A DNA stretch of 64,000 nucleotides, taken from IMG/VR virus record IMGVR_UViG_3300028128_000337, positions 1 through 64,000 of that record. One strand, written 5' to 3'. Below, piece after piece: positions 19,749-30,034 of the stretch. A program made the translations under genes and the position numbers. The stretch comes from a virus. Taxonomy: Duplodnaviria > Caudoviricetes. How positions within the stretch are numbered: position 1 is the first letter of the stretch; the number at the start of each line of letters is the position of its first letter. The notes under the pieces were generated by a model. It made no database searches and was not told where the DNA came from. It worked only from the letters and a program-made list of their open reading frames with translations.

Positions 19749-20075
19749 TTACTCTTTCTTCCTGTAAAAGCTCGTATCGGAGTTAATGCCTTTTGATGCT
19801 AACAGGTTAACAATCACCTCCATACTGCTTGTCCTTACTGTTAGATTTTTTTGAAATCGCAAACCACCATCATTCAACTCAAACTCCGGGAGGGATCCAA
19901 GTTCCTCTCTGTTGACCACACATGTGATATAAAGCGACTCAACACTAGGGTTGAGCATGATAGTCCATTTCCTAGGATCCTCAATAGAATATTTATTCAT
20001 TATGTCCCAAACGACATAACCACAGTCCTTCAAGCGCTTTTTAAAATATGAGAGTGTATGTATTTTATTTTTCAT
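19749..20075 (-). CDS. Hypothetical protein
   Basis: Abuts the sliding clamp gene. Confidence 0.6.
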   Translation of the reverse strand: MKNKIHTLSYFKKRLKDCGYVVWDIMNKYSIEDPRKWTIMLNPSVESLYITCVVNREELGSLPEFELNDGGLRFQKNLTVRTSSMEVIVNLLASKGINSDTSFYRKKE

Positions 20076-20813
20076 TTATCCTACGAATCCGGATGATATA
20101 ATAGTTATGTTTGCAGAGCCACAATTCAACTGAAATAGAAACACATTCAGTGTCGGGTTGACTAAAACTGTCAGATCTTCAAACCGGATGGTGCTTATAA
20201 TTCTGATCGTTTCAAAAGATAATGCTAATGGATTCTCTGTTGATTCACCTTTGTACTTGTCAGATATTTGTTGAGAATAGCTGTCAATATTGTGTCTTTG
20301 TTTGTCAGTTAGTGTTGCGTGTACGCAATTATCTTCAGTGTAGAAGTATATCTTGTTGGTTTCTGTTGTGAACGTACTCGCCTTAATCAACTGATTGACC
20401 ACATCAGGCTTGAGTGTGAATCGGAACGGGAATTCAATGCTCTTGATTTTATTGAGATCCACCGCCGGGGGTTCAATTATCCCGTCCTCGAGCAAATGAA
20501 ATTTAAACCCCATTACGCCAGACCGGTGCTCAATATTATTGTTATTGAATTTTAATTCAATATCATCACCATACACACAACCCAACACCTTAATCAACCG
20601 ATTGAGATCAGGTATGTTTAGATATATCGTCTCAGTTACGTTGTTTGGCTGTTTGTATGTACAATTGACAATTAGAGTACCATCACTACTTGAACTGGTG
20701 GCGGTGAACTCCTTCTCTCTGACTTTCAACACTGCATTCTCAGTTAATTTACCAATTGGAGAAAGGAAACTGTTTATGAAATCCGTCTTGTTAGTTATTT
20801 TTATTTGTGTCAT
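20076..20813 (-). CDS. DNA polymerase sliding clamp (gp45-like)
   Basis: 245 aa; IPDLNRLIKVL, FRFTL...NQLIKAS pattern of the PCNA/gp45 fold; replication context. Confidence 0.7.
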   Translation of the reverse strand: MTQIKITNKTDFINSFLSPIGKLTENAVLKVREKEFTATSSSSDGTLIVNCTYKQPNNVTETIYLNIPDLNRLIKVLGCVYGDDIELKFNNNNIEHRSGVMGFKFHLLEDGIIEPPAVDLNKIKSIEFPFRFTLKPDVVNQLIKASTFTTETNKIYFYTEDNCVHATLTDKQRHNIDSYSQQISDKYKGESTENPLALSFETIRIISTIRFEDLTVLVNPTLNVFLFQLNCGSANITIISSGFVG

Positions 20814-21339
20814 TTAGTTTTAATGTTATGGTTTTGGTCTGTTTTGACATTTCGGACAGCACAACATCAACTATATCCTGAGGATCTTTAAATACGCCTT
20901 TTATTTTGGTTGAATTTATTGTATATGATACACCTCTCTTGAACTTAAAATCTATTTTAGATTCTAATACACGTTCGATCTTATCTAATCTTTTGATCAG
21001 ATTGGATAACTCAACATGATGCCCATCTATGTTATTCGTAATTTGTGATTCTTGTTGGACTGTGACCTGTGGGCTCGTGGCCGGGTTTGGGCTCGTGACC
21101 GGGATTGGGCTCGGTGGTACAGTTGACTGCGTTACCATCTGTTTGAGAACTTCCTTGGGATCAGTCTTATTAGCCTTAATGTAAGGGCTATCACCTCCAA
21201 CATTTTTTGTGTCTATATCTTTGAGAGAACCAGACACATGACCTAACAAACCGGCCACCGCATAAATATCATCCTTACCCATGAGTGGTTGAGATTCGTG
21301 ATTTCTACTGTCATATGGATTGCGCTCTTCAGACATCAT
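20791..21339 (-). CDS. Hypothetical protein with Pro-rich linker
   Basis: Between gp32 and gp45; imperfect 18-bp repeats near 21071-21114 encode PSPIPVTSPNPATSP. Confidence 0.6.
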   Translation of the reverse strand: MMSEERNPYDSRNHESQPLMGKDDIYAVAGLLGHVSGSLKDIDTKNVGGDSPYIKANKTDPKEVLKQMVTQSTVPPSPIPVTSPNPATSPQVTVQQESQITNNIDGHHVELSNLIKRLDKIERVLESKIDFKFKRGVSYTINSTKIKGVFKDPQDIVDVVLSEMSKQTKTITLKLNDTNKNN

Positions 21340-22219
21340 CCAATCCAGCTAACAACTCTTTGACCTTGTCATCTTCAAGCGTATCATCCTTGGTTGTGTC
21401 CTTCTTGTCGTTATCAAACTCCATAGGCACCTCTTCATCTAAAGCCGGGTCAGAAGACACTTGTGATTTGGTTTCCGGAGAAATTGACTCTGTCAGTGTT
21501 TCCGTAGAACCTGGATCTTTGCAATGAAAGTGCTCATCTAGCATCAGCTTGAGTTCATCAAAAGTTTTCTCCCGGAATGTCTTTTCTAGGTCATGACAAC
21601 CGGAGTATATCTCCTTAACACGTGAGTCATCCACCCCAGGGATGGCTCCGGGCATTAAAAATTTACTTGACACATATGTGGGATAATCTCCTTGTTTTTC
21701 ACATCGGATCCGGAAGGTACATCCATTCTCAGACAGGTCAAATATCCTCTCACCAAATTGATCAGAATCCTCACCATTGATACCCTCCATTATAATTTTA
21801 TGCAATTGCTTACCAAACCTCACAATTTTCACTGTGTCATTATTTTCCGGGTCGTCCGGGTCATTAACAATATACGCATTCACCAACCACTTTTCACTTC
21901 TAAATATTGCATCCGATTTAGCTTTCTCCTCAGGAGTTCCGGAACGGAAGCACTTCATTCGATATTCTGCGATTGGATCACGATCACCCCACGTTGTAGG
22001 GCTCAAGGCTGTTACGTATTGACCGGTACTAAAACTAGTCCATCCGTGACTGTAAAAATGATAAAATGTCTTGCTAGGATCTTCTATATTAGGTAACAAT
22101 CTAACCTCATATGAATTTCCTGGTTTTGTTCTAAGGATATCAGCAGTTTTGTTGTTAGATCCTTCTTTAGTTAGTGCGTCTTTGATGCTCGCGAACATTG
22201 ATTTTGTAAATGTGCTCAT
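21329..22219 (-). CDS. Single-stranded DNA-binding protein (gp32-like)
   Basis: VRLLP..HGW..DPIAE..NAYIVNDPDDPENN..VKIVRFGKQLHKII..IFDL..G..FRI..YPTY..SKF; acidic tail. Confidence 0.92.
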   Translation of the reverse strand: MSTFTKSMFASIKDALTKEGSNNKTADILRTKPGNSYEVRLLPNIEDPSKTFYHFYSHGWTSFSTGQYVTALSPTTWGDRDPIAEYRMKCFRSGTPEEKAKSDAIFRSEKWLVNAYIVNDPDDPENNDTVKIVRFGKQLHKIIMEGINGEDSDQFGERIFDLSENGCTFRIRCEKQGDYPTYVSSKFLMPGAIPGVDDSRVKEIYSGCHDLEKTFREKTFDELKLMLDEHFHCKDPGSTETLTESISPETKSQVSSDPALDEEVPMEFDNDKKDTTKDDTLEDDKVKELLAGLDDV

Positions 22220-22223
22220 GTAT

Positions 22224-22550
22224 TTATTTTATATTGGATTGGTTTATTGGCCAACTTTTGTCTTTAAGTTTTTGGTTGTATATTTTGTAACATTTCATAG
22301 CTTTCATACTGTTGTAGAACTTCAAGTCGTAACTCACAAGCTCATTATATATCATGTATGGTGCCCGGAAATAATTTGTCATATTTATATTATCGTGTCT
22401 ACGTAGGAAGTTTGCAAGCTTTTTTATTTGTAAATATTCCGGTTTTGTTTCAAAGTCATCCCAATTCTTTCTCAGATTGTATGGCTTTCCAGCGCCGGCT
22501 CTAGTCACAACGAGCCAGCAATTGTATATACTTTTTTCGAAATCGCTCAA
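22224..22550 (-). CDS. Possible gp59-like helicase loader (N-terminal domain only)
   Basis: IYNCWL..KPY..DFETKPEYLQIKKLA loosely matches the gp59 N-terminus; sits upstream of gp32 as in T4. Confidence 0.35.
   Translation of the reverse strand: MSDFEKSIYNCWLVVTRAGAGKPYNLRKNWDDFETKPEYLQIKKLANFLRRHDNINMTNYFRAPYMIYNELVSYDLKFYNSMKAMKCYKIYNQKLKDKSWPINQSNIK
22226..22254 (-). promoter_or_regulatory. Sigma70-type promoter for gp32
   Basis: TTGGCC-17 nt-TAAAAT-6 nt-ATG. Confidence 0.65.
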
Positions 22551-22861
22551 AATTTTAAATTTAGTTTCGGGTTATCACACAAATAGTTTCGTATGTATTT
22601 AGAGCGATGGAGAGTTGGGTCATGGTCCAGAAAGCATTTCAACACATCATAGTCTGTCTCAACATCACAAACCATCTTAAATATTTCACGCAATTCCGGC
22701 TCTCTCATTAGCCAGAGAAATATGTTAGGTAGGTTGAGTTTTTTATTCTTAGTAATACACACAAAGGAACAGAACGTGAGGAATATATGAGAGAATTCAC
22801 TTTCATAAGCTATATCTACCGGATTGGTGTTACTTAGCATGCTTTTTGTATCTAACGTCAT
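22547..22861 (-). CDS. Hypothetical protein
   Basis: Overlapping ORF run. Confidence 0.6.
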   Translation of the reverse strand: MTLDTKSMLSNTNPVDIAYESEFSHIFLTFCSFVCITKNKKLNLPNIFLWLMREPELREIFKMVCDVETDYDVLKCFLDHDPTLHRSKYIRNYLCDNPKLNLKF

Positions 22862-23763
22862 GTTATTGGTTTTAAAATTGATGTTAATGTCATGACTTTG
22901 TCTGTCAATTGACCACCTGCGGAATACACATGACCACCTCCATCAGCTATACTAGCAGCTAGTTTCCCTAGATCTACATCAGGTGCCTTTTCTTTATTTT
23001 TTCGAAAACTAACTCGCTTTGTATTCAAATTGACCACCATGCATATCTCACAATCATAGTTATCAATAACATGGTGCGCCACTTCGTTGAGACAACTGCT
23101 CGCCATAGTCGCGAAGATTTTGTACTTATTACCACTAACTGGAAGTTCACCTTTGTATATCTCGAGCTCTGACAACACACGCTTCACTTTTTTGTTGTTC
23201 ATGTGGATCATATTCAAGTGCGATTGACTGAAACCATTAAAACCGGCACCGAAATCACGCTCAAATTGCTCTGCTCTGTTGCCAACATAATTCCACACTA
23301 TCACATTCAAATTGTATGAGTCTCTCAATTCTAACTTGTAACTATCATAGTCATCAGCTAACAAAACTAACATCTTTTGATTATCAGTGAGTGACCTTTC
23401 CGGGTATTTCTTCTTTAACAGATTGTATATCAACTTGCAACAACTACTGTAGTCCTCTACTAATGTAGTTGCGTGTTTGTATTTGTCTAAATTTGCCACA
23501 TGTGTGTCGTGGTGATCAATTATTGTAAAATTCTTATGATCTACAAGATCGAGATTGCTTTGAGACACATCTAGATCGAACACATATATTTTATCGTACG
23601 TTTCCGGGTCGTTGCTTTTTGACCACTTCATGAAGGTGTTCCGGAAATTTGATTGAGAGCATATCTCATGTTGTACATTTTTCAGTTGCGTGTACCAACG
23701 AAACGTATGATATGAGCTCAGTCCATCCAAGTCACAGTCTGTAAATATCGCTATCTTTTTCAC
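22858..23763 (-). CDS. DHH-family phosphoesterase
   Basis: TDCDLDG, FDLD, IIDHH, GGGHVYSAGG. Confidence 0.9.
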   Translation of the reverse strand: MKKIAIFTDCDLDGLSSYHTFRWYTQLKNVQHEICSQSNFRNTFMKWSKSNDPETYDKIYVFDLDVSQSNLDLVDHKNFTIIDHHDTHVANLDKYKHATTLVEDYSSCCKLIYNLLKKKYPERSLTDNQKMLVLLADDYDSYKLELRDSYNLNVIVWNYVGNRAEQFERDFGAGFNGFSQSHLNMIHMNNKKVKRVLSELEIYKGELPVSGNKYKIFATMASSCLNEVAHHVIDNYDCEICMVVNLNTKRVSFRKNKEKAPDVDLGKLAASIADGGGHVYSAGGQLTDKVMTLTSILKPIT

Positions 23764-23800
23764 TAATACTATATTTATTCGTGTAACTCATTGAAATCAA

Positions 23801-25129
23801 CTAACTTCCAAGCATCTGTAGCGAGTCAATAGTGTCCGTCATGTCTATGTTTTGCAGTTGTTCAGTTGCTTCTTTTAATGATAGTGTGTCATAATCAATC
23901 TCCATCATTATACTACCATAATTCTCCGCGAATCTGTTCTTCATCACACCCAATCTCAAAACTCCTAAATCAACATCTTCTTCTTCTCTCCAGATACTGA
24001 AAATAGCATCCGCGGTCGCTGCTAAACCGTAACTCTCACCGACTGTATCCAGGCCTGGATTTACCTCGTTGTAACCAGACCGGTTAAGTTGTGTGGCTGT
24101 GATGATAGGGCATTCAAACACATATGATAACGCCCGGAGCTCTTCTGTGGCGTATTTTATCCTCTCGTATGAATTAGTTCCGGTTTCTGCTCGAAGTAAA
24201 TTAACATAATCCAGTACAATTGCATCCGGTTTGATTCCCCTATCAACTAATTTCTTGATATATCCCTTCAAATGTCTGCATGTGATGGTGCTAGGAGGAA
24301 ACTCTTTGACGATTAGTCGGTTACTATTACCCTTCTGATGATATTGCTCAACAGCTGATTTTATCTCATCTGTTCTACTGTGCAATTGTTTGATTGGTAT
24401 TTGTGTTAAGTTTGTTGTTATCCTCTTCGCATACACCAACTCGCTCATCTCGAGACTTATCAACAGCACAGTCTTACCTTGATCTGCAATATTTTTCGCC
24501 ATATTTCCTAAAAATATACTCTTACCTATGTTAGTCTCGCCGGCGAAAACATATATCGCTCGACCGTTCTCTAGGAATCCACCATCTAGTTTTTTATCCA
24601 ACCATGGCCAACCGCACGATATCGTCTCATCCTTTGTCGTCAAATCAGTTATATGTCGGTCTATTTCATTTATATAATCCAAACCAATGTCAGTTGTAAG
24701 AGTTATGTTACACGACTTTTCAAATTTTTGTAATATCTCGCTAGTGTCAACGAGTGCATCTTCAGTCTCTGAAGCCACCTCGAGTAGTGTGTTGTACACT
24801 GCGCGCTCTTTGAGGAATTTTTCAGTATTCTCATATAAATCATCATGATTGAAGTTTTTATCAAAACCTTCGAACAATTCAACCACCGCTCGGAAGCTCA
24901 CCTTCAACTCATTAGTAATCAATCGACTCTTGAGTTCGGTCATTGTCGGAGGTGTGCTCCGTTGACTGTAAAAATCAACAATCAACTCAACAACCCGAGA
25001 TATGTCTTTGTTGTTGAAGTATTTTTGATCTAGGTGGTCAATTATACTGGTCAAATAGGACTCGTTAGTCAACATGTTATATGCTATGACTGTCTCGTAA
25101 AACTCATTATCTATTTTCACTGATGTCAT
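23801..25129 (-). CDS. Replicative helicase (gp41/DnaB-like)
   Basis: GETNIGKS, SLEMSE, IVKEFPP, LDYVNLL, TATQLNRSG, ESYGLAATAD, KNRF. Confidence 0.96.
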   Translation of the reverse strand: MTSVKIDNEFYETVIAYNMLTNESYLTSIIDHLDQKYFNNKDISRVVELIVDFYSQRSTPPTMTELKSRLITNELKVSFRAVVELFEGFDKNFNHDDLYENTEKFLKERAVYNTLLEVASETEDALVDTSEILQKFEKSCNITLTTDIGLDYINEIDRHITDLTTKDETISCGWPWLDKKLDGGFLENGRAIYVFAGETNIGKSIFLGNMAKNIADQGKTVLLISLEMSELVYAKRITTNLTQIPIKQLHSRTDEIKSAVEQYHQKGNSNRLIVKEFPPSTITCRHLKGYIKKLVDRGIKPDAIVLDYVNLLRAETGTNSYERIKYATEELRALSYVFECPIITATQLNRSGYNEVNPGLDTVGESYGLAATADAIFSIWREEEDVDLGVLRLGVMKNRFAENYGSIMMEIDYDTLSLKEATEQLQNIDMTDTIDSLQMLGS

Positions 25130-25803
25130 TATTTGTAATTGTTATAAAATGTTTGTTGTGATTGTTGAAAATTTTTGTCATTTATATCTCTCAAACCCGG
25201 ACTATTGTGTGTTACATATATCGGATATGTACCTATTTTTAATTTTAGCTTGTTTGCATCCAGACAACTTGACATATCATAATGATGGAATTTATAATCC
25301 TCATTGAATCTCCACCCCACCTCTAGTGCACGTTTCAAATCAATCGCTATAAACAGACCATCCAAAACTAAACATCTCTGCGGCCACGGACCAAAACAAG
25401 TGACCGCCATCTTGGTATCACCATCCACCGGGTGTGAAACCGCTCCAGATTGACTATCTCGCGAACTCATCAAGTGCCACAGGCACGGTTTCTTCACCTT
25501 TATTTGACTTGCTCCTGCTAACCCTACAATATCGTAACCCATTCCCTCGATCGCAGTGTACAATTTACCCTTCAACTTGAGATCATCAATGTATACATCA
25601 TCATGCGCGAATAATACTATATCATGTTTAATCAAATTCTCCGGTGTAATCTGTCGATTGTATGCCTGTGACAGACCGATCCGGTTGTTAGCGTTCACGA
25701 CAAGCTTCACATCATCCTTTAGCTCTCCAAGCGAATGTACAAGTGATGATTGTTTGCCACTGTCTTTTGAGCATGTTACAACTAATATTTTTTTCATCTT
25801 CAT
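25129..25803 (-). CDS. GT-A fold glycosyltransferase (GT2-like)
   Basis: GLSQAYN..VLFAHDDV..IVGLAG..VLDGLFIA..FNE..FHHYD. Confidence 0.85.
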   Translation of the reverse strand: MKMKKILVVTCSKDSGKQSSLVHSLGELKDDVKLVVNANNRIGLSQAYNRQITPENLIKHDIVLFAHDDVYIDDLKLKGKLYTAIEGMGYDIVGLAGASQIKVKKPCLWHLMSSRDSQSGAVSHPVDGDTKMAVTCFGPWPQRCLVLDGLFIAIDLKRALEVGWRFNEDYKFHHYDMSSCLDANKLKLKIGTYPIYVTHNSPGLRDINDKNFQQSQQTFYNNYK

Positions 25804-26525
25804 AAAAAGAACGGACTACTAGGCTCGAACTCACCACACTCAGCCAGCCCCTCACTGGTCACACAATACACCAACCCCTCTCTCAATTCCTCCTCAGTCC
25901 TTCCAGGTACAACAATGGAGCTAAAATCACCGGTGGTGATATTACCGTATAACGTACTACCACTCCTCACCAAATATGTATCACCGGTCAATTTACTATA
26001 TATCCAACAGCCGAATGTTCCTTTGAGCATGCTACAAACATTTTCAACTGCTCTCAACTCCGGTGTCTTTATATTTTCATCATGACATTGCTCAATATCT
26101 TCTACCTCGGCTTCAAATTCTAGCATGTAGGATATCAGTATTGGTATTATTGAGCTATCCACAGGATTGTCATGTGGCCCTATAAACTCTTCGATCAATT
26201 GACTGGTGTTCTCCAACACACCGTTGTGTGCGACATGATAATACATGCTCGGGAAAGGATGGGTTGTGTATGGGCTGTATTTTCTCTGTGAGCCGGTTGG
26301 AGCCTGTGTGTGTCCTAGAAATGATTCATAATCTTGAGTGAATGCATAATCTCCGGTGAGTTCCCGGGTGGAGTGTCTCTTACGAATGAACACCTCTTTC
26401 CGGAATCCGGGATTAAGTGTGTTTTTTATATACAGGCTACCGTAGGCAAATGTTCCGCGTTTCTTGTTTTCATTATACAAACTTTCATACGTTTTAAAAT
26501 CATAACTACCAAAAATGCCACACAT
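25800..26525 (-). CDS. Class II (Ntn) glutamine amidotransferase, partner of QueC
   Basis: MCGIFG N-terminus with catalytic Cys2; RG; GHTQAPT; HPF; VAHNGVL; VDS; adjacent to queC. Confidence 0.88.
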   Translation of the reverse strand: MCGIFGSYDFKTYESLYNENKKRGTFAYGSLYIKNTLNPGFRKEVFIRKRHSTRELTGDYAFTQDYESFLGHTQAPTGSQRKYSPYTTHPFPSMYYHVAHNGVLENTSQLIEEFIGPHDNPVDSSIIPILISYMLEFEAEVEDIEQCHDENIKTPELRAVENVCSMLKGTFGCWIYSKLTGDTYLVRSGSTLYGNITTGDFSSIVVPGRTEEELREGLVYCVTSEGLAECGEFEPSSPFFL

Positions 26526-26526
26526 A

Positions 26527-27234
26527 CTATACACACTCCTTCATATTTAACCACGGTATGTCCGCACGACTATACGGCACCGGGTCTCTATAACCAGCTT
26601 GCAGAAAGCCTTGTATTCTTGAACTACATGCGGTGCATTCCCCACATGCTTCTGCACCACCGTTGTAACATGTCCATGTGTCCGATAACTTCACACCCAT
26701 TAATATCGACTTGAGTATTATATGTTCTTTAGACATCTCGATCAATGGACATTCCACCTGTACTCGGTCTCTCCGGTTGAGTGATAACAGATTATTTACT
26801 GATTTTAAAAATTCTGGACTACCATCCCAGAAACCTGCTTGACTATCCACAAGAGCTGCTCCATGAAAAACTGTTTCCGCTTGTAAGCTCTCAGCATATG
26901 CAGCACATATACTCAACATCATCATGTTGCGGTTTGGAACGTAATTTACGGTTTGAGGGTCTCCTAGCACATCACGTGCATTAGCTACATCAATCTGCTC
27001 ATTTGTCAAAGAGCTTGTATTTGCAATGTGTTTGAAAAATGTTATGTCTAGTGTTTTCCAACTCTCAATACCGACATGTTCTATTTGCTTCTCTGCACAT
27101 CCAAGCTCTTTATCAAGATGCCTTTGACCATAATTAAAACTGACTGCATGTATCTCATAACCACGTTTCTTCGCGATATGTAATATCAAGCTCGAATCTA
27201 ACCCACCACTAATCGGTATCACACACTTTTTCAT
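26527..27234 (-). CDS. queC: 7-cyano-7-deazaguanine synthase
   Basis: SGGLDS, FNYGQRH..EL, YVPNRN, PLI..SK, TWTCY..ACGECTAC..R. Confidence 0.97.
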   Translation of the reverse strand: MKKCVIPISGGLDSSLILHIAKKRGYEIHAVSFNYGQRHLDKELGCAEKQIEHVGIESWKTLDITFFKHIANTSSLTNEQIDVANARDVLGDPQTVNYVPNRNMMMLSICAAYAESLQAETVFHGAALVDSQAGFWDGSPEFLKSVNNLLSLNRRDRVQVECPLIEMSKEHIILKSILMGVKLSDTWTCYNGGAEACGECTACSSRIQGFLQAGYRDPVPYSRADIPWLNMKECV

Positions 27235-27240
27235 ATACAT

Positions 27241-27269
27241 ATTATAGAATACCTGGGACTAATGTTCAA
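27241..27269 (-). promoter_or_regulatory. Sigma70-type promoter for the queC-gat-GT-helicase operon
   Basis: TTGAAC-17 nt-TATAAT-6 nt-ATG 27234. Confidence 0.8.
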
Positions 27270-27286
27270 CTATTATAAATAAAGAC

Positions 27287-28936
27287 ATGACACACAACAG
27301 GCACGGAAAAAGGGACAATGATATAATATGGGAAGCACTATCAAACCGATACAACATCAAGCACAGTAAGCAATTGAGTAAATTGTGGGAACAGGATGTC
27401 AAGTATGTTGAGCAATTTTTAATTGATGAGGGTTTGATGGACACTGTCAAAAAGGGTTTTGGTTCTGTTAAAAACTTCGCTAGTGACAAGTTGCTTAAAC
27501 CAGTGATGGACTTTTTAGCGGGTATAATTGCTAAAGACCCTCAAATGTCGCAGAAGGCACAAGCTGCAGCAGCACAAGGTCCAGAAGCCTTACAACAACT
27601 CGCCAGTACAGAAGGTGATCAGAGTGTCATACAACAACTGGACCAACCAATTACACAAGGTGAGAGCTATGCATACCAATTTAAATTGAATCAAACAATT
27701 TGTGAAGCACTTGTTACGGTAGGTATATTGACAGAATCCGCTAGCAAATCAATACAGCAATGTAGATATGATATCGTGTTTGAGTCGATATTAACACTAC
27801 AAAAAACTGATTGCCCGTGGAAGCCTAGTGGTGTCGTCACTGAAAGCGCGCGGGAAATCGCGAGGCAAATCACGCAATTGATGAAACAGGGTGGTAATAG
27901 TAAGAAAGTTTTAAATGCTTTGTTGGCGACTGATGAATCAGGTTTTAAGGAGTATCTATTCAATAATTTGAAGGTACCGGAAGCAACATTAGACCGCAGA
28001 GTTCAACAAATTAAACGTAGCCAACAGACTGCTCCGACTGAACCAGTTGCTCCAACTGAAACAGAACCAGTTGCTCCAACTGAAACCGAACCGTTGGGTA
28101 CAACTGAACCAACTGAAACAGGATCGGTACCTCCAACGAACTCAGGAGCCTCTGATACTCAGGCGATTCCTCCTGCATTACCAGATGCATCAGCCGGGCA
28201 GAAAACCCCGGGGTTGTTGGGTAAGGTTTGGAATTTTATTAAGAATAACAAGGGTGCCATAGGTGGCGCAGCCGCGATGGGGCTTGCTGCAGCGATTGCC
28301 ACTAGTACTGGTAATCCTATGGCGTTTAGCTACCTGGTTGGTGGTCTGGTAGGTGGTGCTAAGGGTGCTATTCAGGGAGCAACTCAAACACAAGGCGGTT
28401 TTACTGACAAGTTAAAAGGTGCTGCAAATGCTGCTGGGACAGGTTCTATGAAGGCTGGTGGTTTAGCTGCAGCAGCAAGTGGTATTGGATCTGCAGCGAG
28501 CAACGCTGTGAATGGAGCGGAAGTACCAGGGAGTGTAGACCCGGTAACACCATCTACTCCAGGTGAGCCGGTTGATCCGGGTTCAGATTATGGCGGAAAC
28601 CCGGGAGATTATAGTACGGGTGGGCAATTTGATCAAGAGACTCCAAATATTGGTGGTTCAACCGGAGGTTTCAATCCAGAGACCGGTCAGAGTAACATGG
28701 ATTTATCTGATGATGAAGTGGCGGCATATAATGCACAATCACAAGCTGACGCTAATGGTGAAATACCAGGTGTTGATTATCAAGAACCGACAGCAACATC
28801 TCCGGAGGAAGCAGAAGCGGCAGCAGCAGGAGATACTAAATCATTTAGTCAAAAATTCAAGGATTTTTTCAAACCAGCTAGCCCGGAAAGGGCAGAGGAA
28901 TTGAGACGTATGAGACAACCGGTGAGTAGAAGATAA
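27287..28936 (+). CDS. Large late low-complexity protein, candidate ejected/internal virion protein
   Basis: TATAAATA 5 nt upstream; PTEP linker; Gly/Ala zipper hydrophobic segments; several hydrophobic-x-E sites. Confidence 0.6.
   Translation: MTHNRHGKRDNDIIWEALSNRYNIKHSKQLSKLWEQDVKYVEQFLIDEGLMDTVKKGFGSVKNFASDKLLKPVMDFLAGIIAKDPQMSQKAQAAAAQGPEALQQLASTEGDQSVIQQLDQPITQGESYAYQFKLNQTICEALVTVGILTESASKSIQQCRYDIVFESILTLQKTDCPWKPSGVVTESAREIARQITQLMKQGGNSKKVLNALLATDESGFKEYLFNNLKVPEATLDRRVQQIKRSQQTAPTEPVAPTETEPVAPTETEPLGTTEPTETGSVPPTNSGASDTQAIPPALPDASAGQKTPGLLGKVWNFIKNNKGAIGGAAAMGLAAAIATSTGNPMAFSYLVGGLVGGAKGAIQGATQTQGGFTDKLKGAANAAGTGSMKAGGLAAAASGIGSAASNAVNGAEVPGSVDPVTPSTPGEPVDPGSDYGGNPGDYSTGGQFDQETPNIGGSTGGFNPETGQSNMDLSDDEVAAYNAQSQADANGEIPGVDYQEPTATSPEEAEAAAAGDTKSFSQKFKDFFKPASPERAEELRRMRQPVSRR
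28031..28120 (+). repeat. 24-bp tandem coding repeat (EPVAPTET)
   Basis: GAACCAGTTGCTCCAACTGAAAC twice plus degenerate flanking copies. Confidence 0.85.
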
Positions 28937-28939
28937 GTA

Positions 28940-30034
28940 TTAATCGATACTGTAACTATATTGCTTCTGTAACTGTATCTCTAGTTTGGGTAATATAATA
29001 TCTTCCCATAATTTCTCATCATTTTTCCAATTCTTGTAATATCCTATTTTTTTACCAGGTACTCCATCCTTTTGTGGTGGTAGTGCGTATGTCGATCCGG
29101 TTTGTAATATAACTCCGTGATTTACAGCCATTTCTTTGAGACCACTATACTTGTCTAACCCTCTTTTAAAGTTCAAATATACTTCACACTCTAAGAATGG
29201 AGGTACAAATCGGTTTTTGACTGTTAGCGCTCTTAGTGTCGTGCCACTCACCTTATTCGCTTCGGGTAACAACTCATCCGAATCTCCACGAGATACGTCA
29301 TGTTTTTCGTCACGCTTTGCTAATTGTACCAATACGCTTGCTAGGTACACAGGGCCCTTGCCACCACTCTGTGATTTCACTAATGTCGGGAACATAGCTG
29401 CTGGGTCATCATATGTATGATTACTAAAGAGTATTGTGACACCGGCTTGAGCAGCTTTGAATGTCAGTAATCTCATCATGCTCTTCAAGCCTTTAGCTCG
29501 TGTGCCCATATCCATGGCCGTTTTGCCCTTCTCAGCATCATCAATCTCTTTCTGACTTGCTAGGTTGCCTAGACTGTCAATACTCAGTATGAATTTATCT
29601 CTCATTTTAGCCTCAATCACACCGTCAAGAAACGCAGATATCTGATTACGACAATCTTCAACTGTCTGCACCGGAACATACTTGACTTTGTCACTATCTA
29701 GACCAACACCAACCGTGCTGCTAGCATCAATCGCAGCCTCTGTATCAAATATAACAGGGATCATTCCGTTTTTCTGACCATTCGCAAGAATCTTGTTAAT
29801 AATATATGTCTTACCAGCGGCACTAGGGCCGCTGAAACCGGAGATTCGACCCATGGGCACGCCACCATACAAACTACCGGAAATGATCGCGTTCAACACC
29901 ATGCAACCGGTGTCCACCCAGTTGTTTACTGTCGACAACGCGCTTTCTGAAAGGAATTTCGCTTCTGGATTGAGTTTCTCAAGTTTTTCAAACACCTTGA
30001 GAACGTCTTTGTCAATCTCTTTAGTCTTCGTCAT
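28940..30034 (-). CDS. uvsX: RecA-like recombinase
   Basis: DTGCMVLNAIISG..GPSAAGKT..FDTE..IDSLGNL..DMGTRAK..NHTY..SGG..KNRF. Confidence 0.95.
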   Translation of the reverse strand: MTKTKEIDKDVLKVFEKLEKLNPEAKFLSESALSTVNNWVDTGCMVLNAIISGSLYGGVPMGRISGFSGPSAAGKTYIINKILANGQKNGMIPVIFDTEAAIDASSTVGVGLDSDKVKYVPVQTVEDCRNQISAFLDGVIEAKMRDKFILSIDSLGNLASQKEIDDAEKGKTAMDMGTRAKGLKSMMRLLTFKAAQAGVTILFSNHTYDDPAAMFPTLVKSQSGGKGPVYLASVLVQLAKRDEKHDVSRGDSDELLPEANKVSGTTLRALTVKNRFVPPFLECEVYLNFKRGLDKYSGLKEMAVNHGVILQTGSTYALPPQKDGVPGKKIGYYKNWKNDEKLWEDIILPKLEIQLQKQYSYSID

